Virus record (IMG/VR): IMGVR_UViG_3300022744_000027
Span: 1-64,000 of that record
Origin: a virus
Lineage: Duplodnaviria; Caudoviricetes
Direction: 5' to 3' (one strand)
Length of the DNA: 64,000 nucleotides
Made by a program: the position numbers and the translations under genes. Below the pieces are notes generated by a model. It searched no databases. It was not told the DNA's origin and saw nothing but the letters and a program-made list of their open reading frames with translations. How positions within the stretch are numbered: position 1 is the first letter of the stretch; each line of letters begins with the position of its first letter. Positions 37,024-46,370 of the stretch are shown piece after piece.

Positions 37024-37039
37024 ATTTTGAAGTCACGAC
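37024..37039 (-). promoter_or_regulatory. Late promoter motif
   Basis: GTCGTGAC-TT-CAAAAT-GCGCGG-ATG(37017). Confidence 0.75.
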
Positions 37040-37050
37040 GCGCGGCCGCG

Positions 37051-37371
37051 TCAGGCGACCGGCACGACCTTGCAGGTCTTCGCGCCGAACTGGACCTCCA
37101 CGTCCACGGCGAACACGCCAGACAGGCGGATCGGCGCGCGCTTGATGGACAGCGACTCGGCGTGCGTGAGCATGTCCACCGACCACTCGTACTCGGGCAT
37201 TTTTCGCGCCAGGCGCTTTGCCATCTTCATGGCCATGCCCTCGGTGGGGCGGATGGTGTAGATCATCCGGCGGCCGGGGTCTTGCGCGGGGAAGCCCGGG
37301 ATTACCACGAGGATGGTCGGGTACTTCCGGGGAGGCTTCTTTTCCTTGGGCGGGGCGGCGGTTTCAGCCAT
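37051..37371 (-). CDS. Hypothetical protein
   Basis: ATG 37371 with GGAGG SD. Confidence 0.65.
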   Translation of the reverse strand: MAETAAPPKEKKPPRKYPTILVVIPGFPAQDPGRRMIYTIRPTEGMAMKMAKRLARKMPEYEWSVDMLTHAESLSIKRAPIRLSGVFAVDVEVQFGAKTCKVVPVA

Positions 37372-37642
37372 GCGACCTCCCGAGGTTGTACCAGTGGGCG
37401 GCATTGGCCGAGACGTGACCGCCGCACCCCAGGCATCGCCACTTTGCGCTGATCCGGGCCGGGTCTTCGCACTCGAAGTCGTGGCGCGGGCACGTATTCA
37501 GCATGGCGTTGTTGGCCTTCACCTCGTCCCAGATTTCCTGCATGGCAGCGCGGCTCAAGCCGACGACCGAGCCCAGGTTGTCAAGGGAATCAGCCACGCA
37601 AACACTCCCGGAGCGCCCGGTGTGCGCCCTGAACTCGAACAA
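37364..37642 (-). CDS. Small Zn-binding hypothetical protein
   Basis: CPRH...CLGC; start uncertain. Confidence 0.55.
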   Translation of the reverse strand: MFEFRAHTGRSGSVCVADSLDNLGSVVGLSRAAMQEIWDEVKANNAMLNTCPRHDFECEDPARISAKWRCLGCGGHVSANAAHWYNLGRSHG

Positions 37643-37716
37643 CCAGCGCGAAAGCCACGCCAGCCAAGGCGCGGCGCACGCAGGTCGAATGACTTAGGAT
37701 CATCGGGAGGGCCACA

Positions 37717-38328
37717 TCACAGCACCACCCAGTCGATGGCCAGCATGTCAGACTGGCTAGCGAGCCAGCCCATCAGAATCTCGCCCGTTGCGGTCTTCAT
37801 GGTGATGCAGGGCAGCACGGTGGCAAAACCGCCGTTTTCCTCGGCATAGGCGCGGTTGTTTTCGCTCCAGAAAGATGCCGCGGGGATGCTGCGGGCGAGA
37901 GTGAATGGACCGGAGGACGCGGGTGCAGACAGTGAAAGCCACATGCCCTTGCCATTCCAGCCAGCACGCGCAACGCGGTGGCCCGCCTTCAGGGCGCGGA
38001 TCGCGTCGCCGAAGTCGAGCGAGCGAACAGCGCCATCCGCCGTCTCAACCAGCGTGTATCCGGACTCAAACGCGCCAGCTGGCGACCAGGACTGGTAGCC
38101 GTCCTCGTAGACGACGAGGTAGCCGCCAACGAGCAAGTCGGCATCACCCAGAACATCCGGGCAATGCTTAGCAACCCATGACGCCTGCACCTCGTGCGGG
38201 GCAAACCGCTCGTCCTCGAAGTGCAACTCGAAACCGCGCGGGTTCGGGATCACGGCCTTGATTTTCAGGGCCGACACCCGCTTGTGGGACTGGTAGCGCG
38301 GCAGGGCGCGCAGGAACGCTGCGCTCAT
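37717..38328 (-). CDS. Tad2-like (DUF2829) domain fused to an N-terminal YEDGYQSWSP domain
   Basis: FGDAIRALKAGHRVARAGWNGKGMWL...PCITMKTA...GWLASQSDMLAIDW. Confidence 0.85.
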   Translation of the reverse strand: MSAAFLRALPRYQSHKRVSALKIKAVIPNPRGFELHFEDERFAPHEVQASWVAKHCPDVLGDADLLVGGYLVVYEDGYQSWSPAGAFESGYTLVETADGAVRSLDFGDAIRALKAGHRVARAGWNGKGMWLSLSAPASSGPFTLARSIPAASFWSENNRAYAEENGGFATVLPCITMKTATGEILMGWLASQSDMLAIDWVVL

Positions 38329-38651
38329 ACGGCACCCCCTGCAGCCAGTCGATCACGCAGGGCGTAGCCCATGAGGGGCCACAACTCAGAGCGGGCGTTG
38401 TCGATGGCCACCTGCTCACCGATCTCGGCGCGGTCGTTTTCAGGCGACACGCTGACGGACGGGCGGCCTGTGACGGCGTAACCGCTTCGAGTCGTGAGAA
38501 CGGCCCAGCGCAGCACCTGGCCGCTCTGGCTGACGTGCTTCACGATCTCGGTGTGCACGATGTTTGCCGCCAGATCGGCTGGTGTGACGCGCGGAGCGGT
38601 CGCGCCAAGCGCCACGACGCGGGCCTCAATGGCCTGGTCGGCCGCGCTCAT
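38325..38651 (-). CDS. Phage_gp49_66-family protein (Acb4-like sponge)
   Basis: APRVTPADL...VLTTRSGYAVTG.PS..VSPEN..AEIG..VA..NA..ELWPLMGYAL; ATG 38651. Confidence 0.75.
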   Translation of the reverse strand: MSAADQAIEARVVALGATAPRVTPADLAANIVHTEIVKHVSQSGQVLRWAVLTTRSGYAVTGRPSVSVSPENDRAEIGEQVAIDNARSELWPLMGYALRDRLAAGGAV

Positions 38652-39031
38652 TGCACCACCTCGGGAGCCTTCACCATCCCGATGGACTCGCGGGCCTTGA
38701 GCACCTTGTCGGCGTCGGCCAGGCGGTTGATCATGTCCACAGCGGCAGGGTCGCCAGCAGCAGCGGCGGCCTCGACGGACTTGGACGCGCCAACCGTGTC
38801 GAACACGAACGTGCACTTGTGCTGGGTTCCACCAACGGGGAAGCTGGTGCCGTCCCACACGACGGGCAGGTCTTCGACGTGCTGCTCAACGGATGTGGAC
38901 ACGCCCATCAGCACCAGAGGCGGCAGGTCGGAGACGAACTCGCCGTCGCCCTTGTGAACGAAAAGCATGTTGCCGCCTGTGGGGCTGGCAACGACGATGG
39001 CGGCGTCTTTTGGAAGGGTGAATTTGAACAC
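38648..39031 (-). CDS. Hypothetical protein (127 aa)
   Basis: AGGAG SD, GTG start, coupled to next gene. Confidence 0.7.
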   Translation of the reverse strand: MFKFTLPKDAAIVVASPTGGNMLFVHKGDGEFVSDLPPLVLMGVSTSVEQHVEDLPVVWDGTSFPVGGTQHKCTFVFDTVGASKSVEAAAAAGDPAAVDMINRLADADKVLKARESIGMVKAPEVVQ

Positions 39032-39071
39032 GGCGACTCCTGAAAAAATTGATGAGGGTTGATTCTACCCG

Positions 39072-40508
39072 TCAGAACGGCTGGCCGTCGTCCTCGTCGG
39101 GCGCGGGCTCGGTGAGGTCAGCCGGAGCGCGCACCTCGCCATCGCGGGGGAACGGCTCGCCGGTCACGGCGTGCACAGCCTTGCGGCCGGTCAGCATCTC
39201 CCAGCGGCGCACGGCCACGTCCACGAACTTGGGGTCCAGCTCTGAGACGCGGGCGATCAGGCCCATGCGGTCGGCGGCAATCATCGTGGTACCGGAACCC
39301 GAGAACCAGTCGATCACGACGTCGCCCGGGCGGCTGGACGGCTTCATCAGCTTCTCCCACAGGCCCACGGGTTTGGTGGTGGGGTGCAGCTCGGAGCGCG
39401 AAGGCTTGTCGTGGTAGATGACCGAGCCGGGCACTTCCTCGATGGTCGCCTGGCCGTCCACCACCAGCACGGTGTCGCCGACGGTGATGGCCCAGCGGCC
39501 GTCGTCCAGCTTTCGCACGGGGCCGGACTCGCCGTAATCGACCACGGTGGTGCGCTTGCGGCCGCCGTACCAACGGTGAGCGGCGCCGGGTTTCCACCCG
39601 TACAGGATGGGCTCGTGCTGCCACTGGTAGTCGGAGCGACCGAGCACCAAGGAATTCTTGCGCCAGATCAGGCAGCCGGACAGCTTGAAGCCGGTGGAGC
39701 GGAAGGCGTCGCGGAAGTTCAAGCCCTCGGTGTCGGCGTGGGCAACGTAGATCGGCGCGCCGGGCTTCATGACCGTGAACATGGTCGCGTACCACGAGCC
39801 CAGCATCCGCCGGAATTCGGCATCGGCCATGTTGTCGTTCTTGATCGACCCAGCCAGCTTGGACTCGTAGGCCACGTTGTAAGGCGGATCGGTGACGCAC
39901 AGGTCGGCCATTTCGCCCTGCATGAGCTTGTCGATCAGGCCGGCATCGGAGCAGTCACCGCACAGGATGCGGTGGGGACCGCACACCCAAACGTCGCCCA
40001 AACGCGAGTGCGGCACGTCCGGCGTGGGTGGCACGGCATCGGGGTCGCCGCCACCCTCGGGAGGCTCAGGATCGACCATGCCCTCGAACAGCTTGGCCAG
40101 GTCTTCCTCGGCAAAGCCGGTGTACAGCTCGAGGTCGTAGCCAGCGGCGCGCAGGTCGTCGGTTTCGAGTTTCAGCATGTCAAGGTTCCAGGACGCGCCA
40201 GTTTCCGCGCTCCTGTTGTCCATGATCACGTAGGCTCGCCGGTCGATTTCCGACAGGTGGCTGATGTCGATGCACGGAACCCGCTCAAGCCCCAGCTTCT
40301 TTGCCGCCATCACGCGGCCATGTCCTGCGATGATCGTGCCGTCGGCAACGAGGCAGGGGTTGGTCCAGCCAAACCGCTCGATGCTGCCAGCGATTATTTC
40401 GATTTGAGCCGGACTGTGGTCCTTGGAATTTCGGGCGTATGGCAGCAAAGCCGCCACGGGAAGGAACTGAACCTTCATGTCTTCAGGCTGCTTGATGGGC
40501 GCGTTCAT
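39072..40508 (-). CDS. ParB-like N-domain plus N4/N6 DNA methyltransferase
   Basis: PYARNS..H, AGHGR; TDPPYN, HPTTKP, DWFSGSGTT. Confidence 0.92.
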   Translation of the reverse strand: MNAPIKQPEDMKVQFLPVAALLPYARNSKDHSPAQIEIIAGSIERFGWTNPCLVADGTIIAGHGRVMAAKKLGLERVPCIDISHLSEIDRRAYVIMDNRSAETGASWNLDMLKLETDDLRAAGYDLELYTGFAEEDLAKLFEGMVDPEPPEGGGDPDAVPPTPDVPHSRLGDVWVCGPHRILCGDCSDAGLIDKLMQGEMADLCVTDPPYNVAYESKLAGSIKNDNMADAEFRRMLGSWYATMFTVMKPGAPIYVAHADTEGLNFRDAFRSTGFKLSGCLIWRKNSLVLGRSDYQWQHEPILYGWKPGAAHRWYGGRKRTTVVDYGESGPVRKLDDGRWAITVGDTVLVVDGQATIEEVPGSVIYHDKPSRSELHPTTKPVGLWEKLMKPSSRPGDVVIDWFSGSGTTMIAADRMGLIARVSELDPKFVDVAVRRWEMLTGRKAVHAVTGEPFPRDGEVRAPADLTEPAPDEDDGQPF

Positions 40509-41084
40509 TTGCGATCTTTTTCAAAGTATTGACGGTCAGGAGTTGGCGGTAACGCAGGCGGATGGACATGAACCACCCCACCGTCTCCGGCGAAGCGCCC
40601 AGCTTTTCCATTTGCTTGGTCGATGACTCCACGAGCTTGTGGCACGGAGGACAAAGCGGGATGAGGTTCGATTTGTCGTTGGAGCCGCCAGCGCGACGCG
40701 GCAGGATGTGGTGCGTTTCCAGCCTGCCCGGGACTTGCCGCAGCAGCCACAGAATGGCGTCCGTTTGATAACCTCAGCACTTAAACGCCGCCACGCAGCA
40801 CCCACCAAAGTTGGTGCCTTGACCTCCTTGCGCATCGAGGCCCAGTAGCACTCACGCCCGCAGAAGTTGGCCGACGAGTTGGTCTTGCCGCTCAAACGCC
40901 CGAGCTGGGCCACGAACGACTTGTCGCAGTGCTTGCAAACCCGCTCGACGGTCTTGGACTTGATGACGCAGTCGCGGGAGCAGTACGAGGCGGAGGCGTC
41001 CCGCACCCCCGAGGCAAACCGCGTGAACAGACCGCTGCACCCACAACACGTGAGCGTCAGCGTGCCACCACCGTGGTGCGCCAT
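40483..41084 (-). pseudogene. Frameshifted HNH endonuclease
   Basis: Zn-finger repeats in one frame up to CGCCGKSR; LETHHILPRRAGGSNDKSNLIPLCPPCHK continues in another frame after ~40725. Confidence 0.75.
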
Positions 41085-41689
41085 CAGAACTCACCGCCGT
41101 CGTTGGTACCGGGAGCAACGGCGGGCGCAGCAGCACCGCGCTCGACCACCACGACGGTCTGGCCGTCACCGGCACGCGCGTCGTGGTTGATGCCATAGGC
41201 ACGGCACTCGCCGACCTGCACCAGCGTCAGGGTCTCGGCGGTGATCTTCGCCAACTTGGCGCGCTCGAAGCCGCCAGCGATGTCGCCCTTGCCTGCCTGC
41301 TGCAGAGCCTCGTAGGCGACCTTACGGGGAGCCGCCCATTCCTTGCGGTGGCGGTCCAGCACCTCGGCGCGGACATCGGCGGCGAACTCCTGCGCCACTT
41401 CGCGCGAGGCCTCAGAGGCGGCGACTTCATCGGAGAGAGGTTTTCCTAATTCGGACATGCGAACCTTAAATTTATTGGCAAGCTCGCCAGCGCGAGCGGA
41501 AAGCCCGGCAGCAGCCCGGGTGGCGACAACCCACTTGCCCTCGGACTTCCACGAGCGAACCAGCTTCGGGTCCACGCCCACAGCGGCCGCAACGGTGTCG
41601 ACGGTTGCACCAGGCTGGCCCTCGAACAGCGCGCGGGCTGAGGCGCGGCGGCCGGCCATGTCCTCGACAAGTTTCTTTTTTACGGTCAT
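41084..41689 (-). CDS. Putative terminase small subunit (HTH)
   Basis: N-terminal HTH (TVDTVAAAVGVDPKLVRSWKSEGKW), helical body, late promoter, next to ParB-methyltransferase. Confidence 0.6.
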   Translation of the reverse strand: MTVKKKLVEDMAGRRASARALFEGQPGATVDTVAAAVGVDPKLVRSWKSEGKWVVATRAAAGLSARAGELANKFKVRMSELGKPLSDEVAASEASREVAQEFAADVRAEVLDRHRKEWAAPRKVAYEALQQAGKGDIAGGFERAKLAKITAETLTLVQVGECRAYGINHDARAGDGQTVVVVERGAAAPAVAPGTNDGGEF

Positions 41690-41695
41690 GGGCGA

Positions 41696-41711
41696 ATCCT
41701 GCCATCACGAC
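41696..41711 (-). promoter_or_regulatory. Late promoter motif
   Basis: GTCGTGAT-GG-CAGGAT-TCGCCC-ATG(41689). Confidence 0.75.
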
Positions 41712-41860
41712 CTGGAGCGCCCGCGTCGCGCCCTTGAGGCGGCCAGAACGGGCGAAACCCACGCCCAGCAAGGCCCGGCGGGCATGGGCTTGGTGACTTG
41801 CAATCATTTCGACAAGAAAAAGGCCCAGCGGTGGGGCTGGGCCAGTAGGGAGGAACAACG

Positions 41861-42109
41861 TCAGCGAGCAGAGCACCACCATCGCCAAGTGCCCCGACTG
41901 CGCCACAGCCAGCGGACGCCCCATACGGCAGCGTCCAGCAGCAGGAGCACAACAACCCCACCGGAAATGAGCAACGGGCCCGCCAGCAGCGCGAACAGCC
42001 ACGGGCCCCCGATGATGATCAGGTAGGCCAGCAGCGACAGCCACAGCGTGACGGCGTACAGGCAGGCAATCAGGACGTGCACGGACAGAACCCCAGCGGC
42101 GACGGCCAA
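41861..42109 (-). CDS. Small membrane protein
   Basis: Two to three hydrophobic segments. Confidence 0.45.
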   Translation of the reverse strand: MAVAAGVLSVHVLIACLYAVTLWLSLLAYLIIIGGPWLFALLAGPLLISGGVVVLLLLDAAVWGVRWLWRSRGTWRWWCSAR

Positions 42110-42170
42110 TGGTAGGACGGCGGGCAGGTCCGGGCTCAGGGGAAGGCGGGAAAAGCCGTGATGGGCCGGG

Positions 42171-42404
42171 TCAACTCAGGGCCTCGCGCCAGCGGATGGG
42201 CCAGAGCACGGCGTACTCGAACGCCACGACGAGTAGCGAGACGGAAGCCAACAAGGCGGCAGCCCAGAGCGGCAAGCCGGAACGACGCGCCTCGTGAACG
42301 ACGTAGTCGATGGATTGTTGGTGGCACAGCATCCGCGCCAAGGAGATGCCCGACACGGAGCAGCCGATAGCGACGTAGGCGAGAAGGAGGTCGGAGGCGG
42401 TCAT
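42171..42404 (-). CDS. Small membrane protein (77 aa)
   Basis: Two TM helices; variant late promoter GGCGTGAC-GT-CACAAT at 42412-42427. Confidence 0.6.
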   Translation of the reverse strand: MTASDLLLAYVAIGCSVSGISLARMLCHQQSIDYVVHEARRSGLPLWAAALLASVSLLVVAFEYAVLWPIRWREALS

Positions 42405-43214
42405 GGGGCGGATTGTGACGTCACGCCCAGGTGGTCATGGTTCCCGCAGCACCCACAGGGCGGCCTTGCCCAGCGGGCCGGCGCGCAAACTGGCGCACAG
42501 GTGCCAAGCGGCCGCTGCCACGCGGGTACGGCGGGGTGGCGAAAGTCCGTACTCCGACGCGGCAGGCAGCATCATGCGCCGGCCACGACGGCGGCGGAAC
42601 CACTCGCGGCCGTCAGGGGCCAGCCACGGGGCAGTCATCGCGGCACCACAGCCCGCTTGGCATTGCGAGCAGCCCGGCGACGGGCGGCGGACTCGATGCG
42701 GGCAAGGTCGTCCGCAACAGGGCGTGGGGCTGGTCGCGGCTGGGTGGGCCGGATGGGGGCGCCGAGAGCGCTCTGTGAGGCCAGCACGCCGAGAGCGGCT
42801 GCCAGTAACAGCGACGCGCGACCGGGTCTCACAGCCACCCCAAGAGGCCAGCTGCCACCAGCAACGTGACACACAGAAACACCGGAATCAGCGAAGCGAC
42901 CCCGATCATGGAATCCAGATCGGACAGATCGTCAACAGCGGTAGACGGCGCCACGGGACGGGTCAGCAGCCAATACTCGCGACGCGGACGCATGCGGATC
43001 ACCGGACCCACGGGAGCGGACCACGCGACCTCGGGCATGAACAGGTGGCAGGGCACGCGATCACCCACCAAAGCAGGCGCGTCGGGCTCCACGAGGTCGA
43101 TGGGCAGGCCGTGCGACGCGGACACGCGGGGCGTGAGGCAGGCGCCGCTGCACTCGCCAACAGGGTAGCCGCAATGCGGCAGTTGGCACGATTGGTCGCG
43201 CAGGTTTTCAGGCA

Positions 43215-43511
43215 TCAGGAATCTCCAGAGGAAGCAGCCGCAGCAGCGCGGCGGCGCTCCCACAAGCCAAGGATTGTCGCCTCAAGGCGACGTCGGTATT
43301 CGGGGCCAAACTCGGCCTCACGCCGCGCGAGGTGAGCGACGCGGGTGGGCTTGTCGGCCATTCGGAGAATCGAACGGGCCTCGACCTCGCGGTCGCGGGT
43401 TTCGGTTAACCAGCCGGGACACCACGTGCACACGGTCCGGCCGGTTAGCAGCACCACGGTGGGCGCGTCGGCGGCACCAAGCCGTTTGCAGCCATCGCAG
43501 CCGTCGCTCAC
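43215..43511 (-). CDS. Hypothetical Cys-containing protein
   Basis: CDGC...CTWC; ORF in minus-strand run. Confidence 0.55.
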   Translation of the reverse strand: MSDGCDGCKRLGAADAPTVVLLTGRTVCTWCPGWLTETRDREVEARSILRMADKPTRVAHLARREAEFGPEYRRRLEATILGLWERRRAAAAASSGDS

Positions 43512-43613
43512 GACTTACCCCGAGGACGAGGAAAGCAGGCGGACGGGGCAATGGTGAGGGGCAGGGCGTAATTCATGGCGTCGCAAAATTGATGCGGGAA
43601 TTTTACCATGAGA

Positions 43614-44177
43614 TCAGGCGGCGGCGTCCTCTTCGGGCCAGAGAATGCCGTGCGGGCAGACCTTGCGCCAGGCGCGTTGCCGGCAGTCGTAAGGCGCGAC
43701 CGAGAACAGCGCGCACAACTTCTCGAAGTCGCGCCAGAGCAAGCCATCGAAGCCGTCGGTCCGCACAAAAAACGGGAGCTGCTCGGGCAGCATGTCGGAG
43801 GAGTCGTCCACGATGGCGTACCGCTCAACGCCAGGATGCCGGGCAAGCCAGTCGGCGATCTCGTCGCCGCGGCAACCACCCAGCGACGGCGTGCGGTCCA
43901 CCACGGGCAGGTCCAGCCCAGCGGCCACGGACGCGAAGCCGTGAATGATGCGCCAGGACGACGACAGCACCACGGAAACGCCACCAACCCGGCAAAGCCC
44001 ACGCACCAGGCCAAGCGCGGCATGGTCAACCAAGGCCATGCCCTCGGCCGAGAAGTCGTGAGGAAAGCCACCCAGGCCAATGCAGGTCCGGTGCGAGTTC
44101 AACACGCCGTCGATGTCGAGGAACAACACGCGGGTCGCGGTGACCGGCACGGAAGCGGGAGCGGTGGAATCACGCAT
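43614..44177 (-). CDS. HAD-superfamily protein (Swiss-army-knife RNA repair-like)
   Basis: VLFLDIDGVLNS, VLSSSWR, RGDEI..WL, YAIVDD. Confidence 0.85.
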   Translation of the reverse strand: MRDSTAPASVPVTATRVLFLDIDGVLNSHRTCIGLGGFPHDFSAEGMALVDHAALGLVRGLCRVGGVSVVLSSSWRIIHGFASVAAGLDLPVVDRTPSLGGCRGDEIADWLARHPGVERYAIVDDSSDMLPEQLPFFVRTDGFDGLLWRDFEKLCALFSVAPYDCRQRAWRKVCPHGILWPEEDAAA

Positions 44178-44251
44178 CAAAAATACCTTTTTGCGCCCTA
44201 TGTGCGCCCAGAGAAAACGGCCAACGAACAAAACCCAATGAAATCAACGGG

Positions 44252-44644
44252 TTACGCATGGTTGCGCACTGATTTGGAATCATTCGGCCTAGGATTCTCC
44301 CCAGCAACGGCAATGATTTGCGAGGGTAGCGTGGGCGTCGGGTTGGGGTTGGGCGCGCACCGCACACCAACATCAACCTCGCCGCCTTTGCCCTTCAGCC
44401 TAAGACCGCAAGAGCATAGCACGTCGGGCGCAGCACCCACGGCCTCAACCCCGCAATTTGAGCACACGTAGCGCCTCGCGTCGGCTCCTGGCGCCATGGC
44501 GGACAGCAGGCGGCCAAAGCAGTGTCGGCACACATGCGGCTCTAGGCGAAACCCCACGTCTGGCGCGGGCGCGCGCGTTTTTTTTGAAATAGGGGACAGA
44601 TTGGAACCGCGCAGTTCCGACGCACGCACATTACTCAAAGTCAT
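44252..44644 (-). CDS. Zn-finger hypothetical protein
   Basis: CRHC, CSNC, CSCG. Confidence 0.65.
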   Translation of the reverse strand: MTLSNVRASELRGSNLSPISKKTRAPAPDVGFRLEPHVCRHCFGRLLSAMAPGADARRYVCSNCGVEAVGAAPDVLCSCGLRLKGKGGEVDVGVRCAPNPNPTPTLPSQIIAVAGENPRPNDSKSVRNHA

Positions 44645-45216
44645 AAGCCAACCACTCCTAAACGCCCCAAACCCATCACAACCCGCCGCGTCGAATCCCG
44701 CAGCAGCTCCACCACCAGCTCGTCCATCCCAGCCGTCAGCTCACGCACCAGAACCCGGACCTCGCCACCCACCGCGTACACCAGTCGCCGTTTCGCCAGC
44801 ACCGGGTGCAACTTCGGAAACTGCCCCTTGGCATTCTTCCCCTTCACCCACTCGTACTCGCGGTTTTTACACCCCACGCACACATTCCCCCCGATCAACC
44901 GCAGGTCAGTCCGGTGACACCGCGAGCAAATCGACACCCCACGCAGCCGGTGATAGCTCGCATCCCCCACGCCCGAGTGCCCAGCCCCAACCGAGCAAGT
45001 CCGGCACCGGAACAACCGCTCCGGCACACGCTCCGCCGAATTCGCCTCGGTCCACATCCCCACACACGACGCAACGCGAATGCTCGCGCTCAACCGGTCA
45101 CACCGAAACATCGGCTGGCCCGGCATCAGCGCGGACTCGAAGTAATGCACCCCAGCCACACGGACCGAGCCAGGCTCAGGGCAGGAAGCACGGGAAGCGG
45201 AAGCGGCAACAGGCAT
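44641..45216 (-). CDS. Cys-rich hypothetical protein (candidate late regulator)
   Basis: CRTC, CSRC, CVGC; GTCGTGAC site at 45264-45271 upstream. Confidence 0.6.
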   Translation of the reverse strand: MPVAASASRASCPEPGSVRVAGVHYFESALMPGQPMFRCDRLSASIRVASCVGMWTEANSAERVPERLFRCRTCSVGAGHSGVGDASYHRLRGVSICSRCHRTDLRLIGGNVCVGCKNREYEWVKGKNAKGQFPKLHPVLAKRRLVYAVGGEVRVLVRELTAGMDELVVELLRDSTRRVVMGLGRLGVVGL

Positions 45217-45299
45217 GGCAACGACCCGGTAATTTTGATGCCCGGAATTATGCCACCCCTACGGTCACGACAGAGCGACAAGCCGTGTATTGGCGGGAA

Positions 45300-45560
45300 A
45301 ACAACAAAGGAACTCAGGTGGCAGCCAGTTCCCCTCCGGTTCCCTTTTTGGTTCCCTCTCTTTTCCCTTTATTTATCAAGACTTAACCAGAATAGTAGTA
45401 GTAGAGGGAACCAAGGGAACCGATATAGATACCCCCATAGAGAGAGTATTTGCATTTTTACAACAAACTGAAATATTTATTGCACTTTGTTGTTCAATCT
45501 CTCGTTCACTTATACAATACCTTTTCCACCCCGGTTCCCGGTGCCTTTGGTTCCCCGACC
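45300..45560. repeat. GGTTCCC/GGGAACC iteron-like cluster in AT-rich region (candidate replication origin)
   Basis: About 7 direct and inverted RGTTCCC copies around an AT-rich core, at the strand switch; 3 more at 46388-46418. Confidence 0.5.
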
Positions 45561-45589
45561 GGCCTAAACCCTTTACTTATCAACGGAAT

Positions 45590-46370
45590 CATGCAGGAAC
45601 CAAAACAGAAACCAATGGCACAAGAGGTGCCCGAAAAAGACCCAATCGCCTTCGCAAACGACATCTGCGCGCCCGTTTTGGCGCTCAAGGACGGGCAGTC
45701 GGTTAACATTCCCCACCCAGACCTAGTGACCAAGTCGGTGCTCAGGCGGTGGCTTCCGGCGATTAAATACCGCCGAATAACCATCGAGGCCGCGCCAAAC
45801 GGGAGCACCGTGACCTTTCACGCGAAGAAAGTGGCGACTTCAAAACCGGTTGGCAGGCCGAAAAAAGACGACTCGATCAGGGCTCGGCTGCTTGAAATAT
45901 CCGTTGGAGCCACCGCGATATGGCGGGACGTGAACCCCGTCAGCCTTTCCTCACAGGCCAGCACGCTGCGCAAAAACGGGGTCGCATCCTTCCGTATCAC
46001 GTATTCAGACCAGTCGCCACCAAGCGCCAAAGTCGAGCGGATCGACGGCCTTGCCGTCACCGACGGTTATGGGCGCACCGTCCTGATTGACAAGCTGGCG
46101 GAGCGCAGCCTGTACCCATTCCGCACCATGCAGCCAGGCGACCGGTTCACCGCGCTGATGGCGCTCCACACCGGCATGGCCAACATGCGGGCGACTTGCT
46201 CCAAGTTCGGAAAGCTCTGCGGCTACGTTTTCACATGCGAAGCAAACAAGGACGGAAGCATCACGGTCGAGTGCCAATACCGCAAAGACGCTGACGTTAC
46301 AGAGGCGGACATTTCAAAAGTCAACAACAGGAAAACCAAGCCACCACAACTGATAACACTGATTTGGTAG
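45590..46370 (+). CDS. Hypothetical DNA-binding protein
   Basis: AT-hook-like GRPKK and YPF..M.PGD.F segments; lower GC; flanked by GGTTCCC clusters. Confidence 0.6.

Noticed and set aside
35833-37452. 539-aa plus-strand ORF and similar long antisense ORFs (22071-23117, 39384-40532, 58632-59942, 62507-63853)
   Set aside because: Each mirrors a well-supported gene on the opposite strand; typical high-GC shadow ORFs.
42435-43263. Several overlapping short minus-strand ORFs
   Set aside because: Probably coding, but frames and starts could not be resolved, so no calls were made.
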